Positions 19,656-29,102 of a stretch of DNA of 64,000 bases are shown one piece after another; positions within the stretch are counted from its first letter, which is position 1, and each line of letters opens with the position of its first letter. The notes beneath the pieces were generated by a model. The model had not been told where the DNA came from. It searched no databases and was given only the letters and a program-made list of their open reading frames with translations. This DNA is from Opitutales bacterium (lineage in GTDB: Bacteria; Verrucomicrobiota; Verrucomicrobiia; Opitutales; Seribacteraceae): assembly GCA_045567635.1 (NCBI GenBank), contig JBJLCO010000032.1:9222-73221 (forward strand), read 5' to 3'. A program made the translations under genes and the position numbers.

Positions 19656-20269
19656 TTACCCGGCTCCGAACTGGGAATGTTGTCTTCGTCCATTGGTTCC
19701 TTATTGGGGGTTGCAGTTAATTCCTGATCGAATACGGAAGCCTTTCCGTCTTCTCCCTTGGAAAAAAGCAAAAATCCCTGATGTCCGTCTTTCCTCGGGT
19801 ACTGATAAATATAGGGTTCATTCCAGGAATCCATTGGGAAAAATATCTCTCCCGATCCCGGTTCCCAGTCTGCATCTTCGGGAGTAAAAATCTCATTTCG
19901 GTTTCCCTGCTGTATCCCGAAAACCAGGGAGTCCCCGGGTAAAAAGCTTTTCCCACGATCCTCCGCATCAAGCGTCTCTCCATCTCGATCAACCAATCCG
20001 GCAAGGGACATCAAAAGAAGAGCCCCACACTCAAATTCATTGTCACTTGCGATCGAATCTGTTCTCGGATATCCCCCCATTTCACTTTTATATTGATTGA
20101 GAGCGAGAGAAAGTGCTTCGATTTGACTCTTCGCTTGTTTTTCATCCTGAGCACTCAATAAGTAATTCGCACCGGTAAAGGTAATTCCAGCAAGCACGCC
20201 GATGATCACAATAACCACCAGTAATTCAATTAAAGTAAATCCGTATTGGGCAGGGCTTCTTTTCTTCAT
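19649..20269 (-). CDS. gspG: type II secretion major pseudopilin GspG-like
   Basis: MKKRSPAQYG followed by FTLIELLVVIVIIGVLAG..AKSQIEALSLALNQYKSEMGGYP, with the C-terminal WNEPYIYQYP..FLLFSKGEDGK, all matching the GspG pattern. The track start at 20284 is a TTG; ATG 20269 gives a normal short leader. Confidence 0.7.
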   Translation of the reverse strand: MKKRSPAQYGFTLIELLVVIVIIGVLAGITFTGANYLLSAQDEKQAKSQIEALSLALNQYKSEMGGYPRTDSIASDNEFECGALLLMSLAGLVDRDGETLDAEDRGKSFLPGDSLVFGIQQGNRNEIFTPEDADWEPGSGEIFFPMDSWNEPYIYQYPRKDGHQGFLLFSKGEDGKASVFDQELTATPNKEPMDEDNIPSSEPGKW

Positions 20270-20341
20270 GGATAAAATATACAATAGTAGTCCTAAAACT
20301 AACGAATTTTGTCAACCTATCGTTATGAAGGACAATATATC

Positions 20342-21901
20342 CTACTTCTTTTTAAAAGTCCATGCGGAGATCCGCTCGCGAATTTTATCGCACTCCGGAA
20401 AACCGAGAATGCTCAGAGTAATTCCATACACCACCACTCCCAGGGGGATCATAAACAACAGCTCAGCGATGCCGGAGAATTTCGCGGTGCCGAAAAATAC
20501 CTCCTGCTTTAAAAACCAAAGTGTAAAAAACATGCTTAGCGAGGAAATCATGATACAGGGAAATGAAAAAACTGAATTCAGGAATAATGATTTCAGGTCA
20601 AAAAAATCTAACTTCACGGCCAAATAAATCGTTTGTACAAAAGCGGAAAAAACATTTGCCCAGGCAAGACCAAACATTCCGAAATCTTTCATTAATACCA
20701 AACTCAAAATTAAGTTCACCGCGAAACTGATCACCGCGGCATGCAAAGGAATTTTCATCTCTTTTTGAGCATGAAATGCTTTAACCATATAGGCAGCGAG
20801 GGCATAAAAGGGTAAGGCAAAACAGGAAATAAAAAGAACCTGGGATGCGACATCCACATCATTTGCCCCAAACTCTCCCCACTGAAAAAAGACCTTCAGG
20901 ATAGAATTAGCCAACAAGGCCAAGCCAATCGCGGCTGGTAAAGTAATGGCCAGCGTTAAACGAAAACCACGGCAAAAACAGTTTCGATATTCCAGACTTT
21001 TCCCCGATGAAAAGGCACGGGAAAGTTCGGGGAAAAATACAGTGGAGATTGAAATCGCAAACACACCCAATGGAAGCTCAATCAAACGGGCGGAAAGAAA
21101 AAGGTAGGAAAGGGATCCCTCATCCTCGAGCGAATAAGCCAAAAAACGAGAAACCATAATATTGATCTGTCCCACAGCAGCACCGAAAAAACCCACCACA
21201 AAAAGACTTTTTATCCTGCTCAATCCGGGAGAGGATGAAAAATCAATCTTCCACTTCCATGAAAAGCCCATTTTTAACTGAACCCAGGGCCACGCCATCT
21301 GCAAAACACCCCCAAGAATCACTGCGTAACATAATGCGAGTGCTAAATCTAATTCCCTCTGTGAAAAAACAAAATAAAATAATGCAAGACTCCCAATCAT
21401 GGAGATGTTTAAGATAATCGGAGAAAATGCCCCCGCAAAAAACTTACCGTGTGAATTCAATGCGCCCACCATGATTGCCGAAACACAAATCAGAAAAACA
21501 TAGGGAAAAATGAAGGAGTTCAGGAACAATCCATTACTCCATTTTAAACTTTCTAACCATCCATAACTTGAGGTAATCCATGACAGAAAACATACAACTA
21601 TCGATAAAGTTAAAAGAAAAAGCATTAACCGTGATAGAACCTGGTTAAGAATTTGTTGAGCCTTCTCCCAAAGCCCGTCTTTGATTTTTTCCGTATAAAC
21701 CGGGATAAAAGCGGAACTTAAAGTGCCTTCGCCCAACATCCTTCTGAAAAGATTCGGGATGGTAAAAGCCAAAATAAAGGCATCCCCAATCAGAGAGACT
21801 CCAAAACAGGTGAAAAAAAGAACATCCCGCAAAAGCCCGAGTAATCTCGACAAAACAGTCAGCCCGCTGACCATTGAAATATTTTTGCTTAAACCAGCCA
21901 T
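20342..21901 (-). CDS. murJ: lipid II flippase MurJ (MviN family)
   Basis: 519-aa polytopic protein. The N-terminus SGLTVLSRLLGLLRDVLFFTCFG and FNLPNLFRRMLGEGTLSSAFIPV-type motifs are typical of MurJ. Confidence 0.9.
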   Translation of the reverse strand: MAGLSKNISMVSGLTVLSRLLGLLRDVLFFTCFGVSLIGDAFILAFTIPNLFRRMLGEGTLSSAFIPVYTEKIKDGLWEKAQQILNQVLSRLMLFLLTLSIVVCFLSWITSSYGWLESLKWSNGLFLNSFIFPYVFLICVSAIMVGALNSHGKFFAGAFSPIILNISMIGSLALFYFVFSQRELDLALALCYAVILGGVLQMAWPWVQLKMGFSWKWKIDFSSSPGLSRIKSLFVVGFFGAAVGQINIMVSRFLAYSLEDEGSLSYLFLSARLIELPLGVFAISISTVFFPELSRAFSSGKSLEYRNCFCRGFRLTLAITLPAAIGLALLANSILKVFFQWGEFGANDVDVASQVLFISCFALPFYALAAYMVKAFHAQKEMKIPLHAAVISFAVNLILSLVLMKDFGMFGLAWANVFSAFVQTIYLAVKLDFFDLKSLFLNSVFSFPCIMISSLSMFFTLWFLKQEVFFGTAKFSGIAELLFMIPLGVVVYGITLSILGFPECDKIRERISAWTFKKK

Positions 21902-21965
21902 ATTGGAATGACCGCCTTACAGGACTAAGAAAATTCCGATTTTGAAGAAACTTGACAAGATCAGG

Positions 21966-22283
21966 TCACACACACTGGAGTAAAAGAGCTTTGGCTTCCT
22001 CTTCAGGGTCTTCATGCCCCTGTTTACGGGCAAGAATAATGGTTTGCTCCAAGGGTTGGCGGGCTTCCTGTTTTTGGCCGACCGCAATGAGTGCCTTGGA
22101 CAATAAAAGCGAGGCCATCATCCAGTCGTCCCTTTTCTCGAAACAAATGGTAAGATGAGCGATTGCCTGCTCATATTCACCGCTTTCATAATAAGCTTGT
22201 GCCAGACTGAACCGATTGAGAAGGTTTTCAGAATTACCCTTCAATTTTTCCAGATAAAGATTGATTCGCTCAGACATGCTCAA
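21966..22283 (-). CDS. small TPR-like repeat protein
   Basis: 105 aa, helical, with TPR-like LAQAYYESGEYEQAIAHL. Lies between the PP2C gene and murJ on the same strand. Confidence 0.5.
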   Translation of the reverse strand: MSMSERINLYLEKLKGNSENLLNRFSLAQAYYESGEYEQAIAHLTICFEKRDDWMMASLLLSKALIAVGQKQEARQPLEQTIILARKQGHEDPEEEAKALLLQCV

Positions 22284-22292
22284 AGCGATGAA

Positions 22293-23006
22293 TTAAGAAA
22301 ATTTAATGCAAACAGCAGTCGAGTTATCAGTCCCACCATTTTGATTGGCTAAGTCAATTACTGATTGCACAAAATACTTGGCATCCAATTCATTGATCAT
22401 TTTTTCGATCTCAGATAACTCAACCATATTGGTCACTCCGTCCGAGCAAACTAATACGGAGGACCCGGGGTTGACAGGGATTTCTCCAATATCCACTTCA
22501 AAGTCAATGTCCTGCCCCATACAACGGGTGAGTGTGTGCATATAATGGTCCGGCATATCTACCGAAGCTTCCGGTCCATGTTTGGCGATAAGTTCATCTC
22601 CCAATGTGTGACATTTCGAAACCTTTCTAAATCCATTTCCATCATTCAGGTAGATCGAAGAATCTCCCACATGCACGAAAACCATTTTGTCACCCACCAG
22701 ACGAAGTCCCGAGAAAGTACAACCAATTCCATTCTCGCCACCAACTATAGTACCACTCTCAACAATGTTGTGGTGAATAATATGGGCCAGGCTTCGCAAC
22801 TCTTGCTCGGTTGTGAAAGATTCAGTGTTGTGGATGGATGAATGGAAAAATTGTACTGCCAACTTGCTCGCCAGCGCCCCAAAGGGGAGCCCACCTACTC
22901 CGTCGGCAACCGCATATAATCCCTTTTGATCATCCACAAGAAAAGAGTCTTCGTTTTTTTCACGAACGAAGCCAACATCGCTGTGACCGTATGAGGAAAT
23001 TATCAT
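22293..23006 (-). CDS. PP2C-family Ser/Thr protein phosphatase
   Basis: PP2C motifs VREKNEDS, AVADGVGG, VCSDGV and GGTDNSTAV. Confidence 0.85.
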   Translation of the reverse strand: MIISSYGHSDVGFVREKNEDSFLVDDQKGLYAVADGVGGLPFGALASKLAVQFFHSSIHNTESFTTEQELRSLAHIIHHNIVESGTIVGGENGIGCTFSGLRLVGDKMVFVHVGDSSIYLNDGNGFRKVSKCHTLGDELIAKHGPEASVDMPDHYMHTLTRCMGQDIDFEVDIGEIPVNPGSSVLVCSDGVTNMVELSEIEKMINELDAKYFVQSVIDLANQNGGTDNSTAVCIKFS

Positions 23007-23097
23007 TATTTGGACAAATTAGGGATATACCATTAATAGCAATAAGCCGGAAAGTTCTATTTACAAAAATTTATACCAAAAGTTCAAGTTTGTTTTC

Positions 23098-25155
23098 TTA
23101 CTCCGCGAAAAGATCGTGCAAAAGGTCGGTTGAATTTATGATTTCAAACTCTTTTTTGGGAAATTCCCTAATAAAATCTTTCCCGTATCCTTTCTTCAGT
23201 ATTCTCGAATCCAATACAATTAATTCCCCGATATCATTCTTGGACCGGATCAACCGCCCGATCCCCTGACGAAAGCGGATGACTGCGGACGGAAGGGTGA
23301 GCTCCATAAAAGCACTTTTCCCCGCCCTGCCCAAGACCTCAGTTTTTGCTTCGAGCACCGGATGGCTTGGATTTTCAAAAGGCAAACGGGTAATCACAAC
23401 CTGGGACAGACAGGGGCCCTTGGCATCAAAACCTTTCCAAAAACTTTCCGCACCCAGCAATAACACATCCTGTTCCTCGATCATTTTCTCACGCAAATCT
23501 GAGCGGGAAAGCCCTTCCCCCTGTGCGTACACCGAGCGGCCGATTTTTTTCCAGCGAGGAAGCAGATTCTGATAACAAAACCTAAGATCCGAATAATTAG
23601 TGAACAGCACCAGGGTTCCCCCTTCAATCCCGGAAGCACAGGCGTGCAAAACTTCGACCATATATTCAAGATAAGGTAGGCGATTATTGGACATGGGATC
23701 CGGACAGTCCGCCAACACTTTAATCTCGAGATTATTTTGATAGTCAAACGGCGAATCCACAATTCCTTCCTCCACTTCCTCCACTCCGATCGTCGACTTA
23801 AATGCGGACGCTTTTCCCTTGCGCGTCAAAGTCGCACTGGTCATTAAAACCGGGACATCCCGCGAAAAAAGTTTTTCCCGTAAAACCGGGGCAATATCAA
23901 GGGGCGCACTGCGCAGGTGAATAATCTGATTTTGCTTGCCCGTTCTTTCGATCCAGTAAACCGAATTTTCATCCTTCAATTCAATAATTTCAGCCAATCC
24001 ATTCAAGTATCCCTGCATCCTCCGGGCCTGATCCTTTAGTTCAATTTTTAACGATTCGTCCTCCGTCAATTCACCAAGTTCAACCAGGCAACGGCAAAGC
24101 TTGCTAAGCGGTGGGAAAATTTCCATGGGAAGAACCCCTTTTTCCAGCAATCGCATACGGTCCTTTCCCCCCAGCGTTTTCATGTGCAGGAATTGAAAAA
24201 AATCAGAAACCGCAATTTCCGCATTTTCCACCGCCTCAAAATCAACTGCTCTTCCCATTCGGGCAATTAAACCCTTCTTCTTTTTAGGACTGTAAATCCG
24301 ACGAATACTCATCTCCAGGGCCCATGAACTGATTCCCAACCCCAGATGATCGCCCGCCACTTCAGGCATTTCATGAGCCTCATCAAAGACCACAAAATCA
24401 TTGGCGAACATGACCCCGCCTTTATCATCCGCCGGTCCGAAACCCGCACCCATCAAAGAAAAAAGCAGACTGTGATTAACAATAACCAAATCCGCCTCCT
24501 CCACTTCCGCCCGGGCCCTCCTGTAAAAACAATTGTCCGGCTTACATCTTTTCGACGAACAAAGAGAGGAGTCCGCACTGACCGCATCCCAAACCGCTCC
24601 CATGGGCAGGGGGGACAATTCCTGCCGAATTCCCTCCGCTGCCCCCTCGTTGGCCCATTTGACAATCCTTTCCAGTTCACGCCGTTGCACACCCTCAAAT
24701 AATTCGCCCTGCCCGCTCAGTGCCCGGTGTAATCGGGTCGCGCAAAGATAGTTCGCCCGGCCCACCAAAAGCGCACAGCGAAAATCTCCGAATTTCTGAA
24801 TCTCAGGAGTGGACTCCATCAGAGTCCGGAGTGCGGGTATGTCCTTATTCAAAAGTTGTTCCTGCAGGCTGATTGTATTCGTTGCCACCACACAGGGTCT
24901 TTTGACTGAACGGGCAAACAGAACCGAAGGAACCAGGTAGGCCAGGCTCTTCCCCACACCGGTACCGGCCTCAAAAAGGAGGTGACTGTCAGATAAGAGC
25001 GAACGGGCCACTGATTGAGCCATCTGATGCTGCTCGGGGCGGTATTCAAAACCGAGGGCTTTTTCCATCCATCCCCCTTCCCGGAAAATGGAGTCCACCA
25101 TCGAAGCGAGGTCGAACGCTTCCTGCTCCCCCGCTCCTTCAGCAAAGCTAATCAT
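23098..25155 (-). CDS. dinG: DinG/XPD-like ATP-dependent DNA helicase
   Basis: EAGTGVGKSLAYLVP (Walker A), the DEAH box in VVFDEAHEM, four Cys between the motifs (YLC, LCSSKRC, DNC) suggesting an Fe-S cluster, and a helicase-C_2-type C-terminus. The start is placed at MISFAEG.. (25155), because the longer ORF reaching 25359 overlaps the upstream gene. Confidence 0.8.
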   Translation of the reverse strand: MISFAEGAGEQEAFDLASMVDSIFREGGWMEKALGFEYRPEQHQMAQSVARSLLSDSHLLFEAGTGVGKSLAYLVPSVLFARSVKRPCVVATNTISLQEQLLNKDIPALRTLMESTPEIQKFGDFRCALLVGRANYLCATRLHRALSGQGELFEGVQRRELERIVKWANEGAAEGIRQELSPLPMGAVWDAVSADSSLCSSKRCKPDNCFYRRARAEVEEADLVIVNHSLLFSLMGAGFGPADDKGGVMFANDFVVFDEAHEMPEVAGDHLGLGISSWALEMSIRRIYSPKKKKGLIARMGRAVDFEAVENAEIAVSDFFQFLHMKTLGGKDRMRLLEKGVLPMEIFPPLSKLCRCLVELGELTEDESLKIELKDQARRMQGYLNGLAEIIELKDENSVYWIERTGKQNQIIHLRSAPLDIAPVLREKLFSRDVPVLMTSATLTRKGKASAFKSTIGVEEVEEGIVDSPFDYQNNLEIKVLADCPDPMSNNRLPYLEYMVEVLHACASGIEGGTLVLFTNYSDLRFCYQNLLPRWKKIGRSVYAQGEGLSRSDLREKMIEEQDVLLLGAESFWKGFDAKGPCLSQVVITRLPFENPSHPVLEAKTEVLGRAGKSAFMELTLPSAVIRFRQGIGRLIRSKNDIGELIVLDSRILKKGYGKDFIREFPKKEFEIINSTDLLHDLFAE

Positions 25156-25183
25156 ACAATCTGCGCTGACAAAAAGGAACCAC

Positions 25184-25867
25184 TCAAAGGGGCCGGACAA
25201 ATGGATTGCCCAACCGCTCATCCCCGACATTCGTATTGGGACCGTGTCCGGGACAAATTTCCGTGGCCTCCGGCAATACATAAACTTTTTCCCGAATCGA
25301 ATTTTCCAAAGCCTCAAAATCCCCCCCCGGTAAATCCGCCCGGCCCACGCTCCCGGCAAAGATCACATCACCCACAAAACATACCTCTTCAGTTTCGACA
25401 TAAAAGATCACATTGCCCGGACAGTGCCCGGGACAGTGAAAAACCGCGACTTCCCGTCCGAACAAATCAAGTTTGTCCCCGTCCTCCACCCATTTTGTAA
25501 TCCCCACCGGCTTGAACTCCATGCCCGGCATTGCAAAGGTGGACATCACTGCCGGCTGTTCGAAAAGAGTCTGATCCGCCCGGTGCCCAATCACAGTCAT
25601 GGAGTCAGTCACCAGATCGGCCGCACCCGCCATGTGGTCCCAGTGGCCGTGAGTCAGCCAAATTTCGGAAAGAGTGAGGGATTCATCCTCCAAAACGGGC
25701 TCGATATGGTCCCGGCAATCCGGCGGTGCGTCGATCAGAATTGCTTCCCCTCCCCCCTCCTCCCAAACCAGAAAGGCGTTGGTTCCAATCGGGCCCAGTT
25801 CCATTTTATTAATCCGCAAAGAATTCATCCGTCCACTCAAACTGAAGCCCTCCATGATTCCAAGCAT
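25184..25867 (-). CDS. MBL-fold metallo-hydrolase (glyoxalase II-like)
   Basis: THGHWDHMAG, HCPGHCPG and ICPGHGP motifs. The start is uncertain; internal Met codons at 25828 and 25804 are also possible. Confidence 0.8.
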   Translation of the reverse strand: MLGIMEGFSLSGRMNSLRINKMELGPIGTNAFLVWEEGGGEAILIDAPPDCRDHIEPVLEDESLTLSEIWLTHGHWDHMAGAADLVTDSMTVIGHRADQTLFEQPAVMSTFAMPGMEFKPVGITKWVEDGDKLDLFGREVAVFHCPGHCPGNVIFYVETEEVCFVGDVIFAGSVGRADLPGGDFEALENSIREKVYVLPEATEICPGHGPNTNVGDERLGNPFVRPL

Positions 25868-25997
25868 ATTTCAAAATGTGCCCCAAAAAATATCACTTGC
25901 ATTTGATTTTCGAAGCGACAAGGAAATTTAGGGACGGTTCAAATCGAAAATCTGACTTTCGGATCGACTCAAATTCCTTAAAATTACATAAACAGGA

Positions 25998-26270
25998 ATG
26001 AAAAGTTCCTACGAATTAGCGATGGAAAGAATGGGAGGCGGAGACGCCCCGCTTTCCGACGAACAGAAAAAACAAATCGCAGAGATCGATTCGCGGTATA
26101 AAGCCAAGGTGGCGGAAAGAAAAATCTTTCTCGAGAAAAGCATTTCCGAAGCCCTGCAAAAAGAAAATCAGGAGGAAGTCGATCTTTTACGCCGGCAGGT
26201 CGCCGAGGAAGTCGCTTCCCTGGAAAACAAAGCGGAACTGGAAAAAGAAAAAATTCACCGATCCGAATAG
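25998..26270 (+). CDS. hypothetical small coiled-coil protein (90 aa)
   Basis: Charged helical sequence (LSDEQKKQIAEIDSRYKAKVAERKIFLEK..). No family recognised. Confidence 0.45.
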   Translation: MKSSYELAMERMGGGDAPLSDEQKKQIAEIDSRYKAKVAERKIFLEKSISEALQKENQEEVDLLRRQVAEEVASLENKAELEKEKIHRSE

Positions 26271-26290
26271 TCCGGCACCTCAGCAAAGGA

Positions 26291-27214
26291 TCAGGCGGAT
26301 TTTGCTTTCCGGTAAGATAATATGTGAAGCATCGCCAGGGGAATCCCGTAGTCTCCCCACCGTTCAATCCATTCGAAAATATTGATGATCCCCATCCCCG
26401 CCACCGTGTCAGCGGGGACATAGAGAAATTCAGTGAATAACTTCCAGCCCAAGGCGAGAAAAATCAGCGGTCGTATCGGGGCGAGAAAAATCAGCACTCC
26501 CAAGGCAAATTCCGCATAACCGACCTGAGTGATAAAAGCCACATCTGCATTCACCCCGATTGACTGCCAGTGATCAATCAGCATCTTCTTTTCCACCGCA
26601 AACCCAAATCCGGCATGCCCCATCAGAAGAAAAGCCAGGCAGGCTTTACAAAGGAAAAAAACCGTATCAATGGTGGAATCCTTCATTTCGGGTTCCTGAT
26701 AAGTTTCCACTAAATCCTTACGGGTCAGGGCAAACGCCCCTCCCATAACCAAAAGCATAAAGGGTGGGCCCCAGTTTCCCGCCCGTTCCCAAAATTCCCA
26801 GGTCTGCATCTTGGCCACCCGCATTGATTCCGTGGCCAATTGAACAATCCATTCACCGTCCACCTGCACTTTTTCCAGGTTCCCGGCAAGGGGCCGTAAT
26901 ATCGCCGTCCACAATGCCCACAGGAACATCCATATGAGAACCGTCCGGTTGGGTTTCCTGAGCAGGATAACCGCCATCATAATATCAAACAATCCAATCA
27001 GGGGCTGTAACTTCCAGGCAAGTTCCGGCTCAATTCCCTGCGAGGCAAAAAAGGGCAGCCAGCCGGATTTGGTAATCAATCCCCAGGTTCCGTGCCCAAT
27101 AAAACAAAGGGCCGCAGTCACCCGTAGGGTCCAGTGCAACTGCGTTTGCAATGTCTGCCTGTCCCCTGAATGCGGTCCAAACACCCCGTGAAGTAGGAAT
27201 TCTTGTGGTTTCAT
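26291..27214 (-). CDS. polytopic membrane protein built from two homologous halves (DoxX-like?)
   Basis: About 8 hydrophobic segments. The two halves share the pattern GH-G-G ... S-G ... IL ... R ... W-L-T ... P ... (F)EW-ER-G ... P ... L. Confidence 0.55.
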   Translation of the reverse strand: MKPQEFLLHGVFGPHSGDRQTLQTQLHWTLRVTAALCFIGHGTWGLITKSGWLPFFASQGIEPELAWKLQPLIGLFDIMMAVILLRKPNRTVLIWMFLWALWTAILRPLAGNLEKVQVDGEWIVQLATESMRVAKMQTWEFWERAGNWGPPFMLLVMGGAFALTRKDLVETYQEPEMKDSTIDTVFFLCKACLAFLLMGHAGFGFAVEKKMLIDHWQSIGVNADVAFITQVGYAEFALGVLIFLAPIRPLIFLALGWKLFTEFLYVPADTVAGMGIINIFEWIERWGDYGIPLAMLHILSYRKAKSA

Positions 27215-27304
27215 CGGATATTTTCTAAATGCATAACAAATTTAAGTAAAGACGATAGATCAATCGAAGTTGACTCACTTGTCCCATCCACTTTAGTCAA
27301 GTTA

Positions 27305-28561
27305 ATGCCCTTATTCTTAAAATTTCTGTCCATGCGTACGACCGCTCACTGGCTGCTCGCTTTCGCTTTAACTCACCCCGCGATCGCCCAACTGAATGAG
27401 GAAACCTGTGCCAAACTTAAAGACCTGGGCCGGTTTTACGATAATCCGGATGGAAAAGGGCTCCAAAATGCCAAGCTTTTTCTTTCCTACCAGCACCAGG
27501 TCGGCCATATTAATGGTGAGGACGGGCAGGGGCAGGCGTTCAAGGATGACTTCGAGGAATTCCGCCGATTTTGGATGGGGCTTTCCGGCTCCTTTGGCTC
27601 GTACTGGAAATTCAAGGCGGTCAGTCAGTTGTCCAATGACCGTAACAATCATCCTGACCGCAAGGGGGGCTCCTACCGCCAGTGGGGACACGAGACCTTT
27701 CGTGCCGCCAACCTGACTTTTGACGCCGATAAATTCTGGGACTTCGCAAGCATTGACGCCATGGAAATGGGCTATGGCCGCCGAACCGGAAGAATGGCCG
27801 ATGAATGGCAACGGTCCTCCACCATGATCAACTGTCTTGAACGTTCCTCTTTCTCCAACAAACTTTGGCTCTATGATCAGGAAAATGGAAATCCACTGGC
27901 CGCCTGGGTCAAGTGGAAGGCGGGCAGAAATACCTTTGATACCGCAATTTTTTCGGGAACTTATGACGACTATATCGGGGGATGGACTGATTCAAAGGTC
28001 TACTATGCCTCCTGGTTTGGGGACTATTCCGAGAGCAGTTCCTATGAACTTCATGAATATTGGCTTTCCTATTACAAGCAGGAAGGTTCCCTTACCGACG
28101 AGCGCTTAGCCGGGGGGAACGACTGGGCATTCTCCTTTGTAAACCGAATCGGGGATGGGCCGTGGGCACTCCATACCACCCTCGCATTCGGGAATAACGG
28201 TGACCAGACAGCCGCCAACCGGGAAGGAGATTTTGGCGGTATCGTACTCATGCCCATGTACTGGCTGATGGAAAAAAAGCTCAAACTGGTCGGCCGCTAC
28301 CTCTATCAACAGTCAAGTCAATCCGAGGGATTAAAACTCAACAGCCGCTACATCCCGCTTGCAGATTCCCGCGACAGTTCAATCGACTTGAACAGTGGAC
28401 GCGGGGATGAACACCATGCCTACTACCTCGGGCTAAACTATTACTTCTGTGGAGAAAACCTCAAGCTCGTTAACGGCCTCCAATACGACGACCTCCGTTC
28501 CGCCGGTGCAAATCAATACCAGGGATGGACAATCGGCTCAAGTTTCCGAATCTGGTTCTGA
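27305..28561 (+). CDS. putative outer-membrane beta-barrel porin
   Basis: Signal peptide ..MRTTAHWLLAFALTHPAIAQ, many Tyr/Gly/Asp-rich amphipathic stretches and a terminal ..SSFRIWF. The track start at 27203 would overlap the divergent neighbour, so ATG 27305 (or 27332) is more likely. Confidence 0.45.
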   Translation: MPLFLKFLSMRTTAHWLLAFALTHPAIAQLNEETCAKLKDLGRFYDNPDGKGLQNAKLFLSYQHQVGHINGEDGQGQAFKDDFEEFRRFWMGLSGSFGSYWKFKAVSQLSNDRNNHPDRKGGSYRQWGHETFRAANLTFDADKFWDFASIDAMEMGYGRRTGRMADEWQRSSTMINCLERSSFSNKLWLYDQENGNPLAAWVKWKAGRNTFDTAIFSGTYDDYIGGWTDSKVYYASWFGDYSESSSYELHEYWLSYYKQEGSLTDERLAGGNDWAFSFVNRIGDGPWALHTTLAFGNNGDQTAANREGDFGGIVLMPMYWLMEKKLKLVGRYLYQQSSQSEGLKLNSRYIPLADSRDSSIDLNSGRGDEHHAYYLGLNYYFCGENLKLVNGLQYDDLRSAGANQYQGWTIGSSFRIWF

Positions 28562-28578
28562 ACGGCGAAAGTCCTCCC

Positions 28579-28608
28579 CCGGAACCATTCCAATGTTTCC
28601 GGTTTTTT
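28579..28608 (+). terminator. intrinsic terminator after the porin gene
   Basis: ccggaa-c-cat-[tcca]-atg-t-ttccgg forms a 6+3 bp stem at 28579-28602, followed directly by T6 at 28603-28608. It starts 18 nt after the stop codon. Confidence 0.6.
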
Positions 28609-28649
28609 ATAATGGTACTTTCCTTTTAAAATTGTTTTACTTTTCATGA

Positions 28650-29099
28650 ATGAAATCTCATGAAGTGCTCAAACAATCAGTCGAGGATGTCGGCGTAAAA
28701 ACAATCGCGTCCGACCTCGGAGTTTCCCCATCCCTGCTCTATAAATGGTGCCAACCGGGTTCCGAACCCACTGACAGCGGAGCCACCAATCCACTCGACC
28801 GTCTCGCCCGAATCTTTGAAGCCACCGGGGACGAGCAGATCATTTCCTGGCTCTGCCAGAAAGCGGACGGGTTCTACTGTCCCAATCCCGCAACGGAGGA
28901 AAACCCCACCAAGGATTTATTCGCCCATACCCAGAAACTGGTCCGTGAATTTTCCGATCTTCTTCAGGTCATTTCCGAAAGTAACCGCAACGACAGTAAG
29001 ATATGTGCGGAGGACAGTAAAAAAATCCGTAAGGAATGGGAGGAGCTTAAAGGAGTGGGTGAATCCTTTGTGCATGCCTGCGAAAAGAATTTTTTCTAA
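28650..29099 (+). CDS. hypothetical protein with an N-terminal helix-turn-helix-like segment
   Basis: VKTIASDLGVSPSLLYKWCQP looks like an HTH, followed by a helical C-terminus. Family not securely recognised. Confidence 0.45.
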   Translation: MKSHEVLKQSVEDVGVKTIASDLGVSPSLLYKWCQPGSEPTDSGATNPLDRLARIFEATGDEQIISWLCQKADGFYCPNPATEENPTKDLFAHTQKLVREFSDLLQVISESNRNDSKICAEDSKKIRKEWEELKGVGESFVHACEKNFF

Positions 29100-29102
29100 C
29101 AT

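Noticed and set aside
25156-25359. N-terminal extension of the dinG-like ORF, and the similar 5' extensions 30466..30699 (icd), 43264..43332 (efp), 45242..45409 (argS) and 27203..27304 (porin)
   Set aside because: The extensions overlap neighbouring genes or encode non-conserved sequence. Conserved protein N-termini begin at the internal Met codons.
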